A DNA stretch of 51,118 bases from a virus (taxonomy: Duplodnaviria > Caudoviricetes). Position 1 is the stretch's first letter, and each line of letters begins with the position of its first letter. A program made the translations under genes and the position numbers. Shown here piece by piece: positions 8,157 to 18,036 of the stretch. The stretch covers positions 1 through 51,118 of the IMG/VR virus record IMGVR_UViG_3300009706_000001; one strand, 5' to 3'. A model generated the notes under the pieces. The model searched no databases. It saw only the letters and a list, made by a program, of their open reading frames with translations, and was not told the DNA's origin.

Positions 8157-8525
8157 ATGGCAAATGCGACAGCACTTATCCCGTTCAGCGGCAGCACTCA
8201 AGGGCAAGGTGTCAAGGTCGTCGCGACTTCGACGGCTGGGACACTGATCCACACGACCGGCACTAGCGCCACAATCATCGACCGTTTGTCGATCTGGGCC
8301 TACAACGGGCACTCGGCGGATGTCGTCTTGACGGTCGAGTTCGGCGGGGCCACGGTGCCTGACCAAAACATTGTGCAGACAATTACGGCCAAAACTGGGC
8401 ATACACTTGTCGTGGACGGCCAGATTCTCTTGGGCAATGGAAGCGCCGCCCTCACGGTCAGGGCCTTCGCCGTGACGGGGAATGTGATCGTCCTATCTGG
8501 CTATGTGATGAGAGTGACCCCATGA
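8157..8525 (+). CDS. Virion structural protein (beta-sandwich-like)
   Basis: T/G/V-rich 122-aa ORF within the structural cassette. Confidence 0.65.
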   Translation: MANATALIPFSGSTQGQGVKVVATSTAGTLIHTTGTSATIIDRLSIWAYNGHSADVVLTVEFGGATVPDQNIVQTITAKTGHTLVVDGQILLGNGSAALTVRAFAVTGNVIVLSGYVMRVTP

Positions 8526-8935
8526 AGTCGGGGATAAGTGCGAACCAACTTTGGACGCAACAGCCCGTCGCAAATCGTTTAGTAGAAGTAAATACCAAAA
8601 CGGGCTTCACCGCCGCGGTCAGCGACAAAACAGGCTTCAGCCTCACAGCCGGTAGCTACAGTGTCCTCGAAAGTGCAACGCAGCGAGGCACGGTCTCGTT
8701 AGTTGACGGCACTACCGATATGACAGCGACGGCCACTATCGCATCGGTGAGCCTCACCCAGAGCAAGGAGGGGTATCTGGGGTACGCCTATGGCAATGAC
8801 ACCAATGTGCCTGACGGACAGACCCTCGCGAGAATCGCGATCACCGGCACGACGACGTTGACGATGACGCGGCTGCGGTTCTACGACCCGCTGGGAACAT
8901 GCACGGCTGGCTGGGTGATTCAGGAACTGTTCTGA
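8522..8935 (+). CDS. Fibre-tip/lectin-like structural protein
   Basis: QRGTVSL..TATIASV..WVIQELF; resembles 18667-18972. Confidence 0.55.
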   Translation: MKSGISANQLWTQQPVANRLVEVNTKTGFTAAVSDKTGFSLTAGSYSVLESATQRGTVSLVDGTTDMTATATIASVSLTQSKEGYLGYAYGNDTNVPDGQTLARIAITGTTTLTMTRLRFYDPLGTCTAGWVIQELF

Positions 8936-9567
8936 TGACGTGGCGGCATTTGTGCTGGTTTCGACTTGACGACGGACAGTGGCTTGGTGAGTGGAGGGGC
9001 CGACTACCGTCACCGCCGACACATCTACTAGCGCAAGTCGGTGATGCGCGAATGATTGGCTTAAATGCGTGGCTACAAGACGCGCAGCGCATGATCACAC
9101 CTGAAGGATCGCCATACGAGACGAATGAACATTGCTGGGATTTGGCGGCGTGGGATGACTGTCCCAACGGGGGTGCGGTGTGCGTGGATGTGACCAAATT
9201 CCATTGGCCGATTGGCGATCAGTATTTCCACCGCTGGGATACCGTCAGTGCGGGAATCGAATCGGCGCAGATGCGGCAATACATTCAAGTGGACCGATCA
9301 CGCCTAGAGATCGACGCAAATCAGAGTTCATCGAGATTTGTTCGGCCAACAATGGAGAAGGCCATAATGGATATTACCGGCACCGCGTTGGAGCCTTTCC
9401 ATGGGTCTATCCACGGTAAATTGACGCTAGAGAACGGTCGTTGGGTGTTGACCGGCGCACCAGCGCACGTCACAGAGGGCATTCAACGTGCGCTCGATGA
9501 CGATGCGGTCGATATACAAGCGGCACTACTGCCGCACGCAGAGAAAGAGAAAGAGCTACTCGCATGA
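8935..9567 (+). CDS. Hypothetical protein (Trp-rich)
   Basis: TGATG coupling to the previous gene. Confidence 0.65.
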   Translation: MTWRHLCWFRLDDGQWLGEWRGRLPSPPTHLLAQVGDARMIGLNAWLQDAQRMITPEGSPYETNEHCWDLAAWDDCPNGGAVCVDVTKFHWPIGDQYFHRWDTVSAGIESAQMRQYIQVDRSRLEIDANQSSSRFVRPTMEKAIMDITGTALEPFHGSIHGKLTLENGRWVLTGAPAHVTEGIQRALDDDAVDIQAALLPHAEKEKELLA

Positions 9568-9749
9568 AAACACAAGCGCAAACCAAAACCAGCGACTATG
9601 TGTGCTACGCGACATGGGTCGGGATCGACGCCGACATGCCAGTTGAGCCTGATTCGAGCTATCTATTTATCGACACGACCAGCGTGTCACCGCCGGTGCA
9701 GGGTGGCGATGTCTATAACCCAGCGACGGACACATGGACGACACCCTGA
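9564..9749 (+). CDS. Small fibre-assembly-like protein
   Basis: C-terminal GDVYNPATDTWTTP motif. Confidence 0.55.
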   Translation: MKTQAQTKTSDYVCYATWVGIDADMPVEPDSSYLFIDTTSVSPPVQGGDVYNPATDTWTTP

Positions 9750-9780
9750 CGCACGGCAACACCGTTCGTGAACTCGTCTA

Positions 9781-10698
9781 GTGGCAGAAGGAACTGCGGC
9801 TGTCGGCACCTCGACTCGGGCACTATTTGATACCGCCCGATTAAACGAATTTAAACTTGACGCGCAAGGGTTTGGACTTCCCGCCTTAGCGGCGACAGGC
9901 ATCAATGCAGCGACACATGGCACCGTCGGGCTCACCACCGCCGCATCCAGTGTCAGTGGCACAGGGCTAGGGACATTTAGTGCGACCGCCGCACTGACGG
10001 GCGCCGCTGCCAGTCTCGCAGGGACTGCTGTAGAGACCTTTAGTGCCTCTGGAGCCCTGACGACCTCGGCGGCGATCCTTGCCGGGACAGGCCTTGAAAC
10101 CTTTAGTGCCACAGGCGCGCTCACAGGGGCCGCATCGTCGCTTGACATTATATCATCAACAGGGTATAATGCTGTTGTCGCACTTGACTCAAGTGCGTCT
10201 ATTGTAGCGGCAACGGGAACCACTACCGCAGCATCAAGACGGCAGCAAGGTGGACACAATGTTGTCGATCTTGCCGGATACACCAAGTTTGTCAACCGCG
10301 GCAACGCGATCCTTGAAGAACTTGGCCAACCACCAGCCGGAACGGGAGCCACAACCCCCGTTATCGATCCAGTCCCCACAGTAGCGACACCCGCGTTAGA
10401 TTACCGAGACGTTCTCGCACAATCGATTGCGCGGGTCAAGCTGAAAACGGTGGTTGTGCCACCGTTACAGGTGAAGGGCAAACACTGGGCGCAAGGGCGC
10501 GTTGCGCAAACGACAGACCCGATCTGGCTAAGTGCAACCGGGACGAATCAGTTCGAATTTGATTTCTCCCTGGAGTCCGCTCCCAGCAGTGTTGCGATCA
10601 CAGGCACAGTGGATATCTATTACAAGCAACGGCGTCAAGAAGACGCCATGCTAAAAGAATTTATTGTGAACGAACTCTACGGGGCACGCGTAGCCTAG
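9781..10698 (+). CDS. Ala/Thr/Gly-rich repeat structural protein
   Basis: three ~21-aa repeats TFSATGALTGAAASLAGTGLE. Confidence 0.7.
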   Translation: MAEGTAAVGTSTRALFDTARLNEFKLDAQGFGLPALAATGINAATHGTVGLTTAASSVSGTGLGTFSATAALTGAAASLAGTAVETFSASGALTTSAAILAGTGLETFSATGALTGAASSLDIISSTGYNAVVALDSSASIVAATGTTTAASRRQQGGHNVVDLAGYTKFVNRGNAILEELGQPPAGTGATTPVIDPVPTVATPALDYRDVLAQSIARVKLKTVVVPPLQVKGKHWAQGRVAQTTDPIWLSATGTNQFEFDFSLESAPSSVAITGTVDIYYKQRRQEDAMLKEFIVNELYGARVA

Positions 10699-10842
10699 CC
10701 GAGCCCCGGCGTAAGTCCAGGTCAGTGGCATCATCCTGACAGACTTTCCCCACCTTTCGATGATGTCCCTCCTTAGTGGCCGCGCAGCCAGAGGATGGGT
10801 TTCTAGCACGGCGTGTTCTTCGCCACTAGCTCGCGTTTTTGT

Positions 10843-11847
10843 ATGTCTGATGTAATTAGCACTCCCGATTCGTTGCAACCCTCAACCATTGACTTCAACT
10901 CACTCCATGAGAAAGCAATGGAACATATGGCAGATCCGACAGCGGATACGGCGGAACCGCTCCAGGATGTTGCCACATCTGCACCCTCTGACCTCCCGGA
11001 TTCGGCACTTGCAGGCACACCGACTGTAACCGGATCTCATGATCAAGTTGTAGATATTCCTGACGATGCGCTTGTGCGTGTCAAAATTGATGGCGTCGAA
11101 GAAACCGTCCCCTACGCGGAATACAAGGGCGGGATTCAACGAGAAGCTGCGTTTACGAGACGTATGCAAACGCTGTCCCAACAGCGTCAGGAAGCGGAAC
11201 AGGTGTTTACGCAGCGGGCTGCTGAACTCCAGCGACAGGCAGAAATGATTGCCTATGCGCAGGAGCAAATGCAAACCGCTGCTCGTCCAACAAAGGACGT
11301 GACATCGGAGAAACCATCTGATCCAAATGAGATTGCCACGCTCGGAGAAGTACAGCAATCACTCGCCGCGTTTCAGCAACAGCTCTCGACACAGCAAACT
11401 CAGCAGCAGCAGCAATTTATGTCGCAGTTGCAGAACGCTGGGCAAGAGCTGAAGAATGAACAGATTCAACAGGCTGATGCGCATCGATTTACGGCTGGAC
11501 TTAATGCGACGTTGGAAAAGGATGATTATAAATTTCTGCGGGATGTTATTCCCTACGCAGAAGAATCTATTCGATACCAAGTTGCACAGCTTGACCCACA
11601 GTCTATTGACCAAGCCATTGACTACACAGAAACAGTGGCGAAGGAATGGTCTGATCGGGTACGGGCTACAAGTACGGATCACATCAAACGGCAAGAGGTC
11701 GCGAAGGCCCGTGCCAAAATGGGACCACCATCTGGTTCGCCTGTTCCCCCATCTGAGCAAACCAAACCCGGAAGTTTTATGCGGAAGGATGGCAAGCTTG
11801 ATTGGAAGAGTTTGGAACAGCGAGCTGCTGCTTACCTTGACAACTAA
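10843..11847 (+). CDS. Capsid scaffolding protein
   Basis: acidic N-terminus, VKIDGVEETV..FTRRMQ motif, coiled coil, just upstream of the capsid gene. Confidence 0.85.
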   Translation: MSDVISTPDSLQPSTIDFNSLHEKAMEHMADPTADTAEPLQDVATSAPSDLPDSALAGTPTVTGSHDQVVDIPDDALVRVKIDGVEETVPYAEYKGGIQREAAFTRRMQTLSQQRQEAEQVFTQRAAELQRQAEMIAYAQEQMQTAARPTKDVTSEKPSDPNEIATLGEVQQSLAAFQQQLSTQQTQQQQQFMSQLQNAGQELKNEQIQQADAHRFTAGLNATLEKDDYKFLRDVIPYAEESIRYQVAQLDPQSIDQAIDYTETVAKEWSDRVRATSTDHIKRQEVAKARAKMGPPSGSPVPPSEQTKPGSFMRKDGKLDWKSLEQRAAAYLDN

Positions 11848-11891
11848 GGTTGTCTATCGTGCGAACCGTGTTCGCGTGGAGTTTATAAATT

Positions 11892-13130
11892 ATGGCATTT
11901 GATTATACTGCCGCAACCCCGATTCTAAAAGAGGTCTACCTGCCCGCGTTGCAGGAGATGCTCAACAATGCGACCCCACTTCTCAAGGCGATTGAGAAAG
12001 ATATTACCCCGGTCGAAGGTGGCAACTTTGTTGTCGCGGTGCACCGGACGCGAAACAACGCAGCGGCGATCGGAAAGTCCGAAGGCGCGACGTTGCCGAC
12101 TGCCGGTCAGCAGGGCTTTGTGAGGGCGGTCGTTCCCGTGAAGCAGCTCTATTCGAGAATTAACGTCTCCGGCAAGGCGATTGCCGCGACGAAGTCCAAC
12201 AAGGGCGCATTCTTGAAGGCGCTGGAAGCCGAAATGAAGTATGTCATGACGGATACCAAGCGTGGGATCAACCGTCAGCTCAACGGTGACGGCACGGGCG
12301 CGTTGGCCTACTGGACCGGCGCCGATAACGCGACGCCAGCGCCAGTGGATGACGGTCTTGGCAATGGCACCACACAGCTGCCCACGGGCGCACTGACGTG
12401 CGATCTCATTGACGCGTCGGATAACGCGACAGTCTTGGGTAATTCCATCGTAGTTACGCGTGGGGCGGTCTCCACGGCCACCACGTCCGTCACCTGGACA
12501 GGGACTGTCTCTGGCTCAGCAGATGGCGATTACTTGGTGCTGGAAGATACGCTTGGCAACGAGATGACCGGCCTCCAGGCCGTCATTAGTGCATCGAACC
12601 CAACCCTCTTGGCTGGGGGCTTGCACGGCTTGCCGGTGGCGACCTACCCCGATTGGAAGGCCGTCATTCTCGGAAGCGATGCGAGTAAGCAGGACTTGAG
12701 TTTCCCGCTGATTCAGCAGTTGGTGAGTCGAATCATCACCGAGTCGAACATCGACGAATCGGATTTGAAGATGTTCCATGTGCATCCGGCCATGCGCGAC
12801 ACGTATGTCAAGCTGTGCCAGGATGAGCGTGTCTTCTACAACGTCATGAAGCTGGACGGTGGCTGGGAAGCGGTGACCTACAACGGGAAGCCGATCGTAG
12901 CTGACGTGCAGTGCCGACGCAATGCGATCTTTGCGATTACCCCAAGCTCGCTGAGCTTGGCACAGATGGCGCCACTCGACTTTATGGATAAGGACGGGTC
13001 GGTCTTCTACCGCATCAGTGGTGGCGACGTGGACGCCTACGGCGCAACCGCGTTTGTTTATCAGGAACTGATGTGCAAGGCGCGGAACCAGAATGGTGCG
13101 CTGCTCGGTATCAACGAGGTCTGGAGCTAA
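11892..13130 (+). CDS. Major capsid protein
   Basis: ILKEVYLP, EGATLP, GDGTGALA motifs; size and position. Confidence 0.9.
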   Translation: MAFDYTAATPILKEVYLPALQEMLNNATPLLKAIEKDITPVEGGNFVVAVHRTRNNAAAIGKSEGATLPTAGQQGFVRAVVPVKQLYSRINVSGKAIAATKSNKGAFLKALEAEMKYVMTDTKRGINRQLNGDGTGALAYWTGADNATPAPVDDGLGNGTTQLPTGALTCDLIDASDNATVLGNSIVVTRGAVSTATTSVTWTGTVSGSADGDYLVLEDTLGNEMTGLQAVISASNPTLLAGGLHGLPVATYPDWKAVILGSDASKQDLSFPLIQQLVSRIITESNIDESDLKMFHVHPAMRDTYVKLCQDERVFYNVMKLDGGWEAVTYNGKPIVADVQCRRNAIFAITPSSLSLAQMAPLDFMDKDGSVFYRISGGDVDAYGATAFVYQELMCKARNQNGALLGINEVWS

Positions 13131-13145
13131 TCCTCCACTCTCTTC

Positions 13146-13176
13146 TGAAGGAAGGGGCTAACCCCCCCTTCCTTCA
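13146..13176 (+). other. Stem-loop after the capsid gene (weak terminator or mRNA stabiliser)
   Basis: tgaaggaagggg...ccccttccttca, no long U run. Confidence 0.55.
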
Positions 13177-13199
13177 TTCCTTCCTACAGGAGATTCCGA

Positions 13200-13598
13200 A
13201 TGGCAAATGCAAAAGCACTCAAACTTCCTCGATCAGAACGAGGAGATTTTACCGCGGCAGCGGCAGCAACGACGCTCACCGCTGGCGATTCTGGCAAGAC
13301 CTTCGCGTGGAATCACGCGACGGCGCTTCTCTTCACACTCCCGGCAGTGCAGAAATCACAGAAAGGTATTTTTTATCACTTTATTGTGAACATTGCCGCG
13401 ACGAGTGGCACGGGGCATGGGGTCTCTCCAGCCTCCGTTGACAAAATTATTGCTCCAGGTGTCACGGCGACAGATGATAAAGACATCTACTTTGCGACCG
13501 CGGCAGATTACGTGGGTGATGGATTTACGTTGATCAGCGATGGCACAGATGGGTGGTATATCCAATCCCAGAATGGCACGATCGTACAGGAGTCGTAA
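13200..13598 (+). CDS. Head decoration / minor capsid protein
   Basis: TLTAGDSGKTF..FTLPA..SDGTDGWY motif; follows the capsid gene. Confidence 0.65.
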   Translation: MANAKALKLPRSERGDFTAAAAATTLTAGDSGKTFAWNHATALLFTLPAVQKSQKGIFYHFIVNIAATSGTGHGVSPASVDKIIAPGVTATDDKDIYFATAADYVGDGFTLISDGTDGWYIQSQNGTIVQES

Positions 13599-13605
13599 GA
13601 CTGAG

Positions 13606-13639
13606 GTGGGGTGGGCCGTAGGGTCCACTCCATTTTTTT
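13606..13639 (+). terminator. Rho-independent terminator
   Basis: gtggggtgggcc...ggtccactccat followed by a T run. Confidence 0.75.
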
Positions 13640-13654
13640 CGAGGAGGGACACGC

Positions 13655-14206
13655 ATGTATACCGTTCCGGCAGGATTTACGAAGCGTCTTGAACACGAGT
13701 TTCAAGGGAGAATACGCTTACGATGGAGTTCGGCGCAATCAGAATTTCAAGTTGAACAACGGGTTCGGCGTGGCGCACATGATGGGCCTATACGCAGCAG
13801 TAAAGACGATGCCGGGATTCGCCAACGCGATGGATACCTCTATTTATTTAGTATACGACCAGGGACAAAAATGCCGTGCCCGCGGTGTGCACAAGATTTA
13901 TCCGTGCCGGTTGCGGAGATTCGAGAAATCTCGTGTGCGTCCTGCAAATTACACGGACGCGAACATCGCGTGATTGCGGGGTATTTCCCTCTCAATGACA
14001 CGTTGATTGAGCATCTCAAAAAACTGGACCCTGAACGTGGAGCCTCACAACGGCTGAATGCACGGGTCTTAGCCAACAACTTGGCACACCAATCACGCTT
14101 GGGACAGTCAGTAGTAAACGACACATCAGACAAACTACGCGATGATTTTTCCCGCATTGCCGGAATTCCCCAGGTGGGGTATACCGGGAAAGAGTTTCGA
14201 GGCTAA
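13655..14206 (+). CDS. Hypothetical protein with CxxC...CxxC zinc ribbon
   Basis: CPRC and CASC; strong SD. Confidence 0.75.
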   Translation: MYTVPAGFTKRLEHEFQGRIRLRWSSAQSEFQVEQRVRRGAHDGPIRSSKDDAGIRQRDGYLYLFSIRPGTKMPCPRCAQDLSVPVAEIREISCASCKLHGREHRVIAGYFPLNDTLIEHLKKLDPERGASQRLNARVLANNLAHQSRLGQSVVNDTSDKLRDDFSRIAGIPQVGYTGKEFRG

Positions 14207-14209
14207 TCC

Positions 14210-14584
14210 ATGTCAGCATTTATCAATCTTATTGGGCTCAATCATAAAAAGGCCTATGGCCGTGAACGATTGACTCCAAACAACTCAGTGGTGTCCCCCA
14301 CAACGGCGACCATTGATAACGTGATTGCCGGAAGCGCGGTCATGACGAGTACGGATGGCGCCTCGCAAGGTCTTCCCCCGTATGGCGGGAAAGGGCTTTC
14401 CGCGCTCGTGTATTCCAGTGGAGCCATCTACCTCACGTTTGAAGGAACGACGCCGTCCGCGTCGGTTGGGACGCCCCTGGCCGCAGGGGACATCGTGTTG
14501 CTGGAAGGCTATGAGAACATCAAGAAATTGAAGATTTTCGCCGCCTCCTCGATTCCCGTCGAAATCACCTACTTCAAAGAGTAA
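14210..14584 (+). CDS. Putative virion protein
   Basis: GTTPSASVGTPLAAGD motif; structural context. Confidence 0.65.
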   Translation: MSAFINLIGLNHKKAYGRERLTPNNSVVSPTTATIDNVIAGSAVMTSTDGASQGLPPYGGKGLSALVYSSGAIYLTFEGTTPSASVGTPLAAGDIVLLEGYENIKKLKIFAASSIPVEITYFKE

Positions 14585-14590
14585 GGTCCG

Positions 14591-15532
14591 ATGCGGACCT
14601 TCAAGCAACTCCAAGACGCGGTCCTGCAATGGATGGCGGATGGCTCGGATACAGGATTACTCAGAGACCTCGTCTCAAATTCTATTAACGAGCAACACCA
14701 GCAGCTGCTCCATGAAGATCGCTATGACTTCATGTTGTGGCCCCGCACCGAGTCCCTCTCGGTGGTCTCTGGCCAATCGGCGTATGCGTTGCATCCCGAG
14801 TTTGACCAGCCCCTCTACTTTTTCAACCCCAATACAGAAGATTATCTCGAAGAGATCCCGGCCAAGTCATTACTTGAATCGGGAGCCGATTGGGATAATG
14901 CCACGCCGACGGAACCCATCAGATTTATGTTGGCAGGTATTTCCAAGCTCAAAAAGCAGCCAACAGCAACTGGAGTGGTGGCGATTGCCACAACTGGGGG
15001 CACGGAATCCGCGAGTAATCAAATCATCGTATCCGGTATTGATGGGAGCGGAGATTACGTCAACGAAACGGTGAGTTCTGGTGCGCCGTGGACGACGCTG
15101 ACATCTTCAACATCGTTTGAGGTGGTATTAGATATTACAAAGATTGGCGCAAGCTGGGCTCGTCTTGTCACGGTGACCTCCGGGTCTGATACATTGCTGG
15201 CTTTGAATGCCGACGAATTTGGTCGGCAATATAGGATGATGGAAATTATTGGTACGCCAGCGGGGAGTAGCACCATCAAGTATCGCTTTTACCGGAAACC
15301 CCGTTACTTGGTGAAAGACAATGATATTCCCGATTTGCCTGAATCGCATGATGACATCCTGGTGCTCAAAGCGTTAACGGCGATGCAGGGGTATAGTCGA
15401 GCGACGGACGATGAACAAGCCTATTGGCGTGCACGGTTATCAAAGTTAGACCAATCCCTCAAGATGACCTATCAGCAAGCACGATCTTTGGGAGGGCGCC
15501 CGACCTTTACGAGATTTATCCCGCGTGGCTGA
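14591..15532 (+). CDS. Head-tail adaptor protein
   Basis: TFKQLQDAV..SIN..VSGQSAYAL..DIPDLPESHDDIL pattern of podovirus adaptors. Confidence 0.75.
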   Translation: MRTFKQLQDAVLQWMADGSDTGLLRDLVSNSINEQHQQLLHEDRYDFMLWPRTESLSVVSGQSAYALHPEFDQPLYFFNPNTEDYLEEIPAKSLLESGADWDNATPTEPIRFMLAGISKLKKQPTATGVVAIATTGGTESASNQIIVSGIDGSGDYVNETVSSGAPWTTLTSSTSFEVVLDITKIGASWARLVTVTSGSDTLLALNADEFGRQYRMMEIIGTPAGSSTIKYRFYRKPRYLVKDNDIPDLPESHDDILVLKALTAMQGYSRATDDEQAYWRARLSKLDQSLKMTYQQARSLGGRPTFTRFIPRG

Positions 15533-17711
15533 CAGCTATAAAGAATTTGTTGACTGGGCGTCAGGCGTTATTACGTCAACAGATGGGGATCAGATTCCTG
15601 AGAACGCGTTTTCAAAGGGCATCAATACCTCGTTTGTCAAATCAGGGTTAGGGCGCACGTCGATCGGCACGCGTCCTGGGCTCAATACCGTTAATACCAC
15701 GGCCCTGACCTCGTCTCCCGCCATTCATTGGCAAGCCCCCTATTCCTACAATACCGGATCGGCCTACACCAATTACGTGGCGCTGTGTACCGCAGATGGC
15801 AAGCTGTATTACCGGCAGTCAAACGATACCCTCACCGCGGCGTTTGCTCCCCCCACCAATTTTCCCGCTCCAGCGAGTCTCTGTTTTAGCGCAGGCACAT
15901 CGCCTGTGGATGGGACCGTCTTAGATAATCGCCTCTTCCTGGTGAACGACGCGAGTGAACGACGATCGCTGGTCAACCAAACGTATGTCCCGTGGGGGTT
16001 GAGCCCCATTGCCAGTTGGGTCACCGCAGAGAATACCGCCATTACTGGCGGAAACTCGATGCCTGCCGAAACCTATGATGTGACGGTGACCTCCTACAAC
16101 AGTACATCTGGAGGAGAATCCTCATCCTCCACGCTGAAAACCGTCACCCTGGGCGGGGCCAATCGTCGTATTAGTGTCACCATTTCGCCCAGTACAGCAG
16201 AGACGGCGCAATATACACATTGGCGTATCTTCATTCGTCGACAGACCACACAGTCGAAACTCTATAAAGTCTTGACCTTTGAAAATGTTGCAGGCGCGGA
16301 TATTGTAACCGATGGGAACATTCCGATTGCCACGACAGCGGCATATCTTGATTTAAGTGCCGCCACGATTGCCGCACAAACAACGGTGGCACCGTCCACC
16401 TCAGAAAACGATCCTCCGGCAAGCACGATTACCCATGTGACGGCATTTGGGCGACGCTTAATCTGTGCAGATGGACGAAATATCTATTGGTCAAAACAAG
16501 ACCAAGCAGATAACTTTGGCACGAATAATTTTGAGCCCATTGAAACCGGGGAAGGGGATAAAATCATAGGGCTCCATCAGTATTCTGATGAGTTGCTAAT
16601 GATCTTCCTCACGACGGGCACGTGGGGGCTCTACGGAAACGACCCACAAACGTGGACACTCAAACCCATCGACCTCACGATTGGCTGTGCGAGTCGGAAT
16701 TCCATTGTCAGCATGCCGGGAAACATTGCGTGGTGGGACCGTGCGGTCGGACCGGTCGTCTATGACGGCACGGATATCAATCGCGTTGGGCAAATGCTTC
16801 TCGGCCTCTCAGCCGTGACCACCGAGTTGAATAGCACAAGAAGTGCCTTTATCTATGCGGGGCATGACCCCACGGCTGATCGTATTGTCTGGTCTGTATC
16901 GAGCCTGGGATCGTCCATCAACGATCGGATGATTGTCTTTAACTACGCGTTACGACGGTTTGAAGCGTCCTATTGGAGCACGATTGACGCGGCGTCGTTT
17001 GCCACAGCGGTCAATACAAGCTCGGAGACAAGTTTGTATCTGGGCGGCTATTACGGACAGTTATTCTACTTTAGTACCAGCTATAAAAATGACGGGGTGC
17101 CCTCAGGGACGCTGACGGGAGAATTCATTCCTGTGGCTACGTCTATTACCGAAATTGCTGGAACGGGATTTTATACCACAGGATCGGGATTAGCGAATCG
17201 CTATGTGGTTATTGTAGATGGAGATTATCTTCCTGTTGATCGCGTGCGCATTACCAGCAATACCGCGAGTGCCTTGACGCTCGCGACAGCCGTCACCCCG
17301 TTAGTCTTAAGCACAACGTATACCTATTACATTGGTAGCCCGGACTTTCGTTTCTATGGGCGATGGATGGACTTCGATCAACCCTTTCTTCGTAAACGCT
17401 TTGACCGCTTGTATTATCACTTCAGCGCGCCCTTCGGCATTGCCGATGCCTATGTGTCCACCCAATTAGAATTTGATGAAGATGTCTCCACACCAGTCAC
17501 AAATAGTGTCCTGGGAGAATCCTTGTGGGATACCGCAGACTGGGATGCGGCGACATGGACGGGATCAGCGAGTCTCAAACAACGGCTCTCTGTTGGTCGA
17601 AGTGGAACCGCATTGCGTCCAGTCATTTTCGTCTACACCCCTGGCCGTGAATTAATAGTACAAAAGTTGGCCATCATGGCACGCATGTTGGGCGATCGTT
17701 ATTATGCCTAA
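15525..17711 (+). CDS. Tail nozzle / DNA stabilisation protein (P22 gp10-like role)
   Basis: 728 aa beta-propeller-like; IYWSK, IGCASRNSIV motifs; follows the adaptor. Confidence 0.75.
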   Translation: MADSYKEFVDWASGVITSTDGDQIPENAFSKGINTSFVKSGLGRTSIGTRPGLNTVNTTALTSSPAIHWQAPYSYNTGSAYTNYVALCTADGKLYYRQSNDTLTAAFAPPTNFPAPASLCFSAGTSPVDGTVLDNRLFLVNDASERRSLVNQTYVPWGLSPIASWVTAENTAITGGNSMPAETYDVTVTSYNSTSGGESSSSTLKTVTLGGANRRISVTISPSTAETAQYTHWRIFIRRQTTQSKLYKVLTFENVAGADIVTDGNIPIATTAAYLDLSAATIAAQTTVAPSTSENDPPASTITHVTAFGRRLICADGRNIYWSKQDQADNFGTNNFEPIETGEGDKIIGLHQYSDELLMIFLTTGTWGLYGNDPQTWTLKPIDLTIGCASRNSIVSMPGNIAWWDRAVGPVVYDGTDINRVGQMLLGLSAVTTELNSTRSAFIYAGHDPTADRIVWSVSSLGSSINDRMIVFNYALRRFEASYWSTIDAASFATAVNTSSETSLYLGGYYGQLFYFSTSYKNDGVPSGTLTGEFIPVATSITEIAGTGFYTTGSGLANRYVVIVDGDYLPVDRVRITSNTASALTLATAVTPLVLSTTYTYYIGSPDFRFYGRWMDFDQPFLRKRFDRLYYHFSAPFGIADAYVSTQLEFDEDVSTPVTNSVLGESLWDTADWDAATWTGSASLKQRLSVGRSGTALRPVIFVYTPGRELIVQKLAIMARMLGDRYYA

Positions 17712-18036
17712 ACACGACATCACGATTCTGCTTCGTGATGCCGCCCTGCGGCGATCCCTCCCCTATAAACGCTATGAATATGTCGATGTTACCTTTGCCG
17801 TGGCTGCCGGAGATCATGTTATTCCGTATACCATTTTGAATCCAAATGATTTGAATGCGGTTCGATGGCTTGACATTACCCCAGGAACTGTGTATAATGC
17901 TGGTACGGAGACTGTGGCACATCTGTACCAGTCTAATGACCCCGCCACCCTGGCCTGGGGTACTGGCTATATCGTTCTTCGGTCTACGGTAGCCAATTAT
18001 TCCACCCGATTGCTTCTTTTCCTTGAGCGCACTTAA
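17704..18036 (+). CDS. Small tail protein
   Basis: overlaps the nozzle stop; tail context. Confidence 0.6.
   Translation: MPKHDITILLRDAALRRSLPYKRYEYVDVTFAVAAGDHVIPYTILNPNDLNAVRWLDITPGTVYNAGTETVAHLYQSNDPATLAWGTGYIVLRSTVANYSTRLLLFLERT

Noticed and set aside
10699-10842. Hammerhead or HDV-like ribozyme
   Set aside because: CUGANGA/GAAA core and HDV topology not found
11860-11880. LexA (Cheo) box before the capsid gene
   Set aside because: CGAAC-N3-GTTCG has a 3-nt spacer rather than 4; more likely a small hairpin
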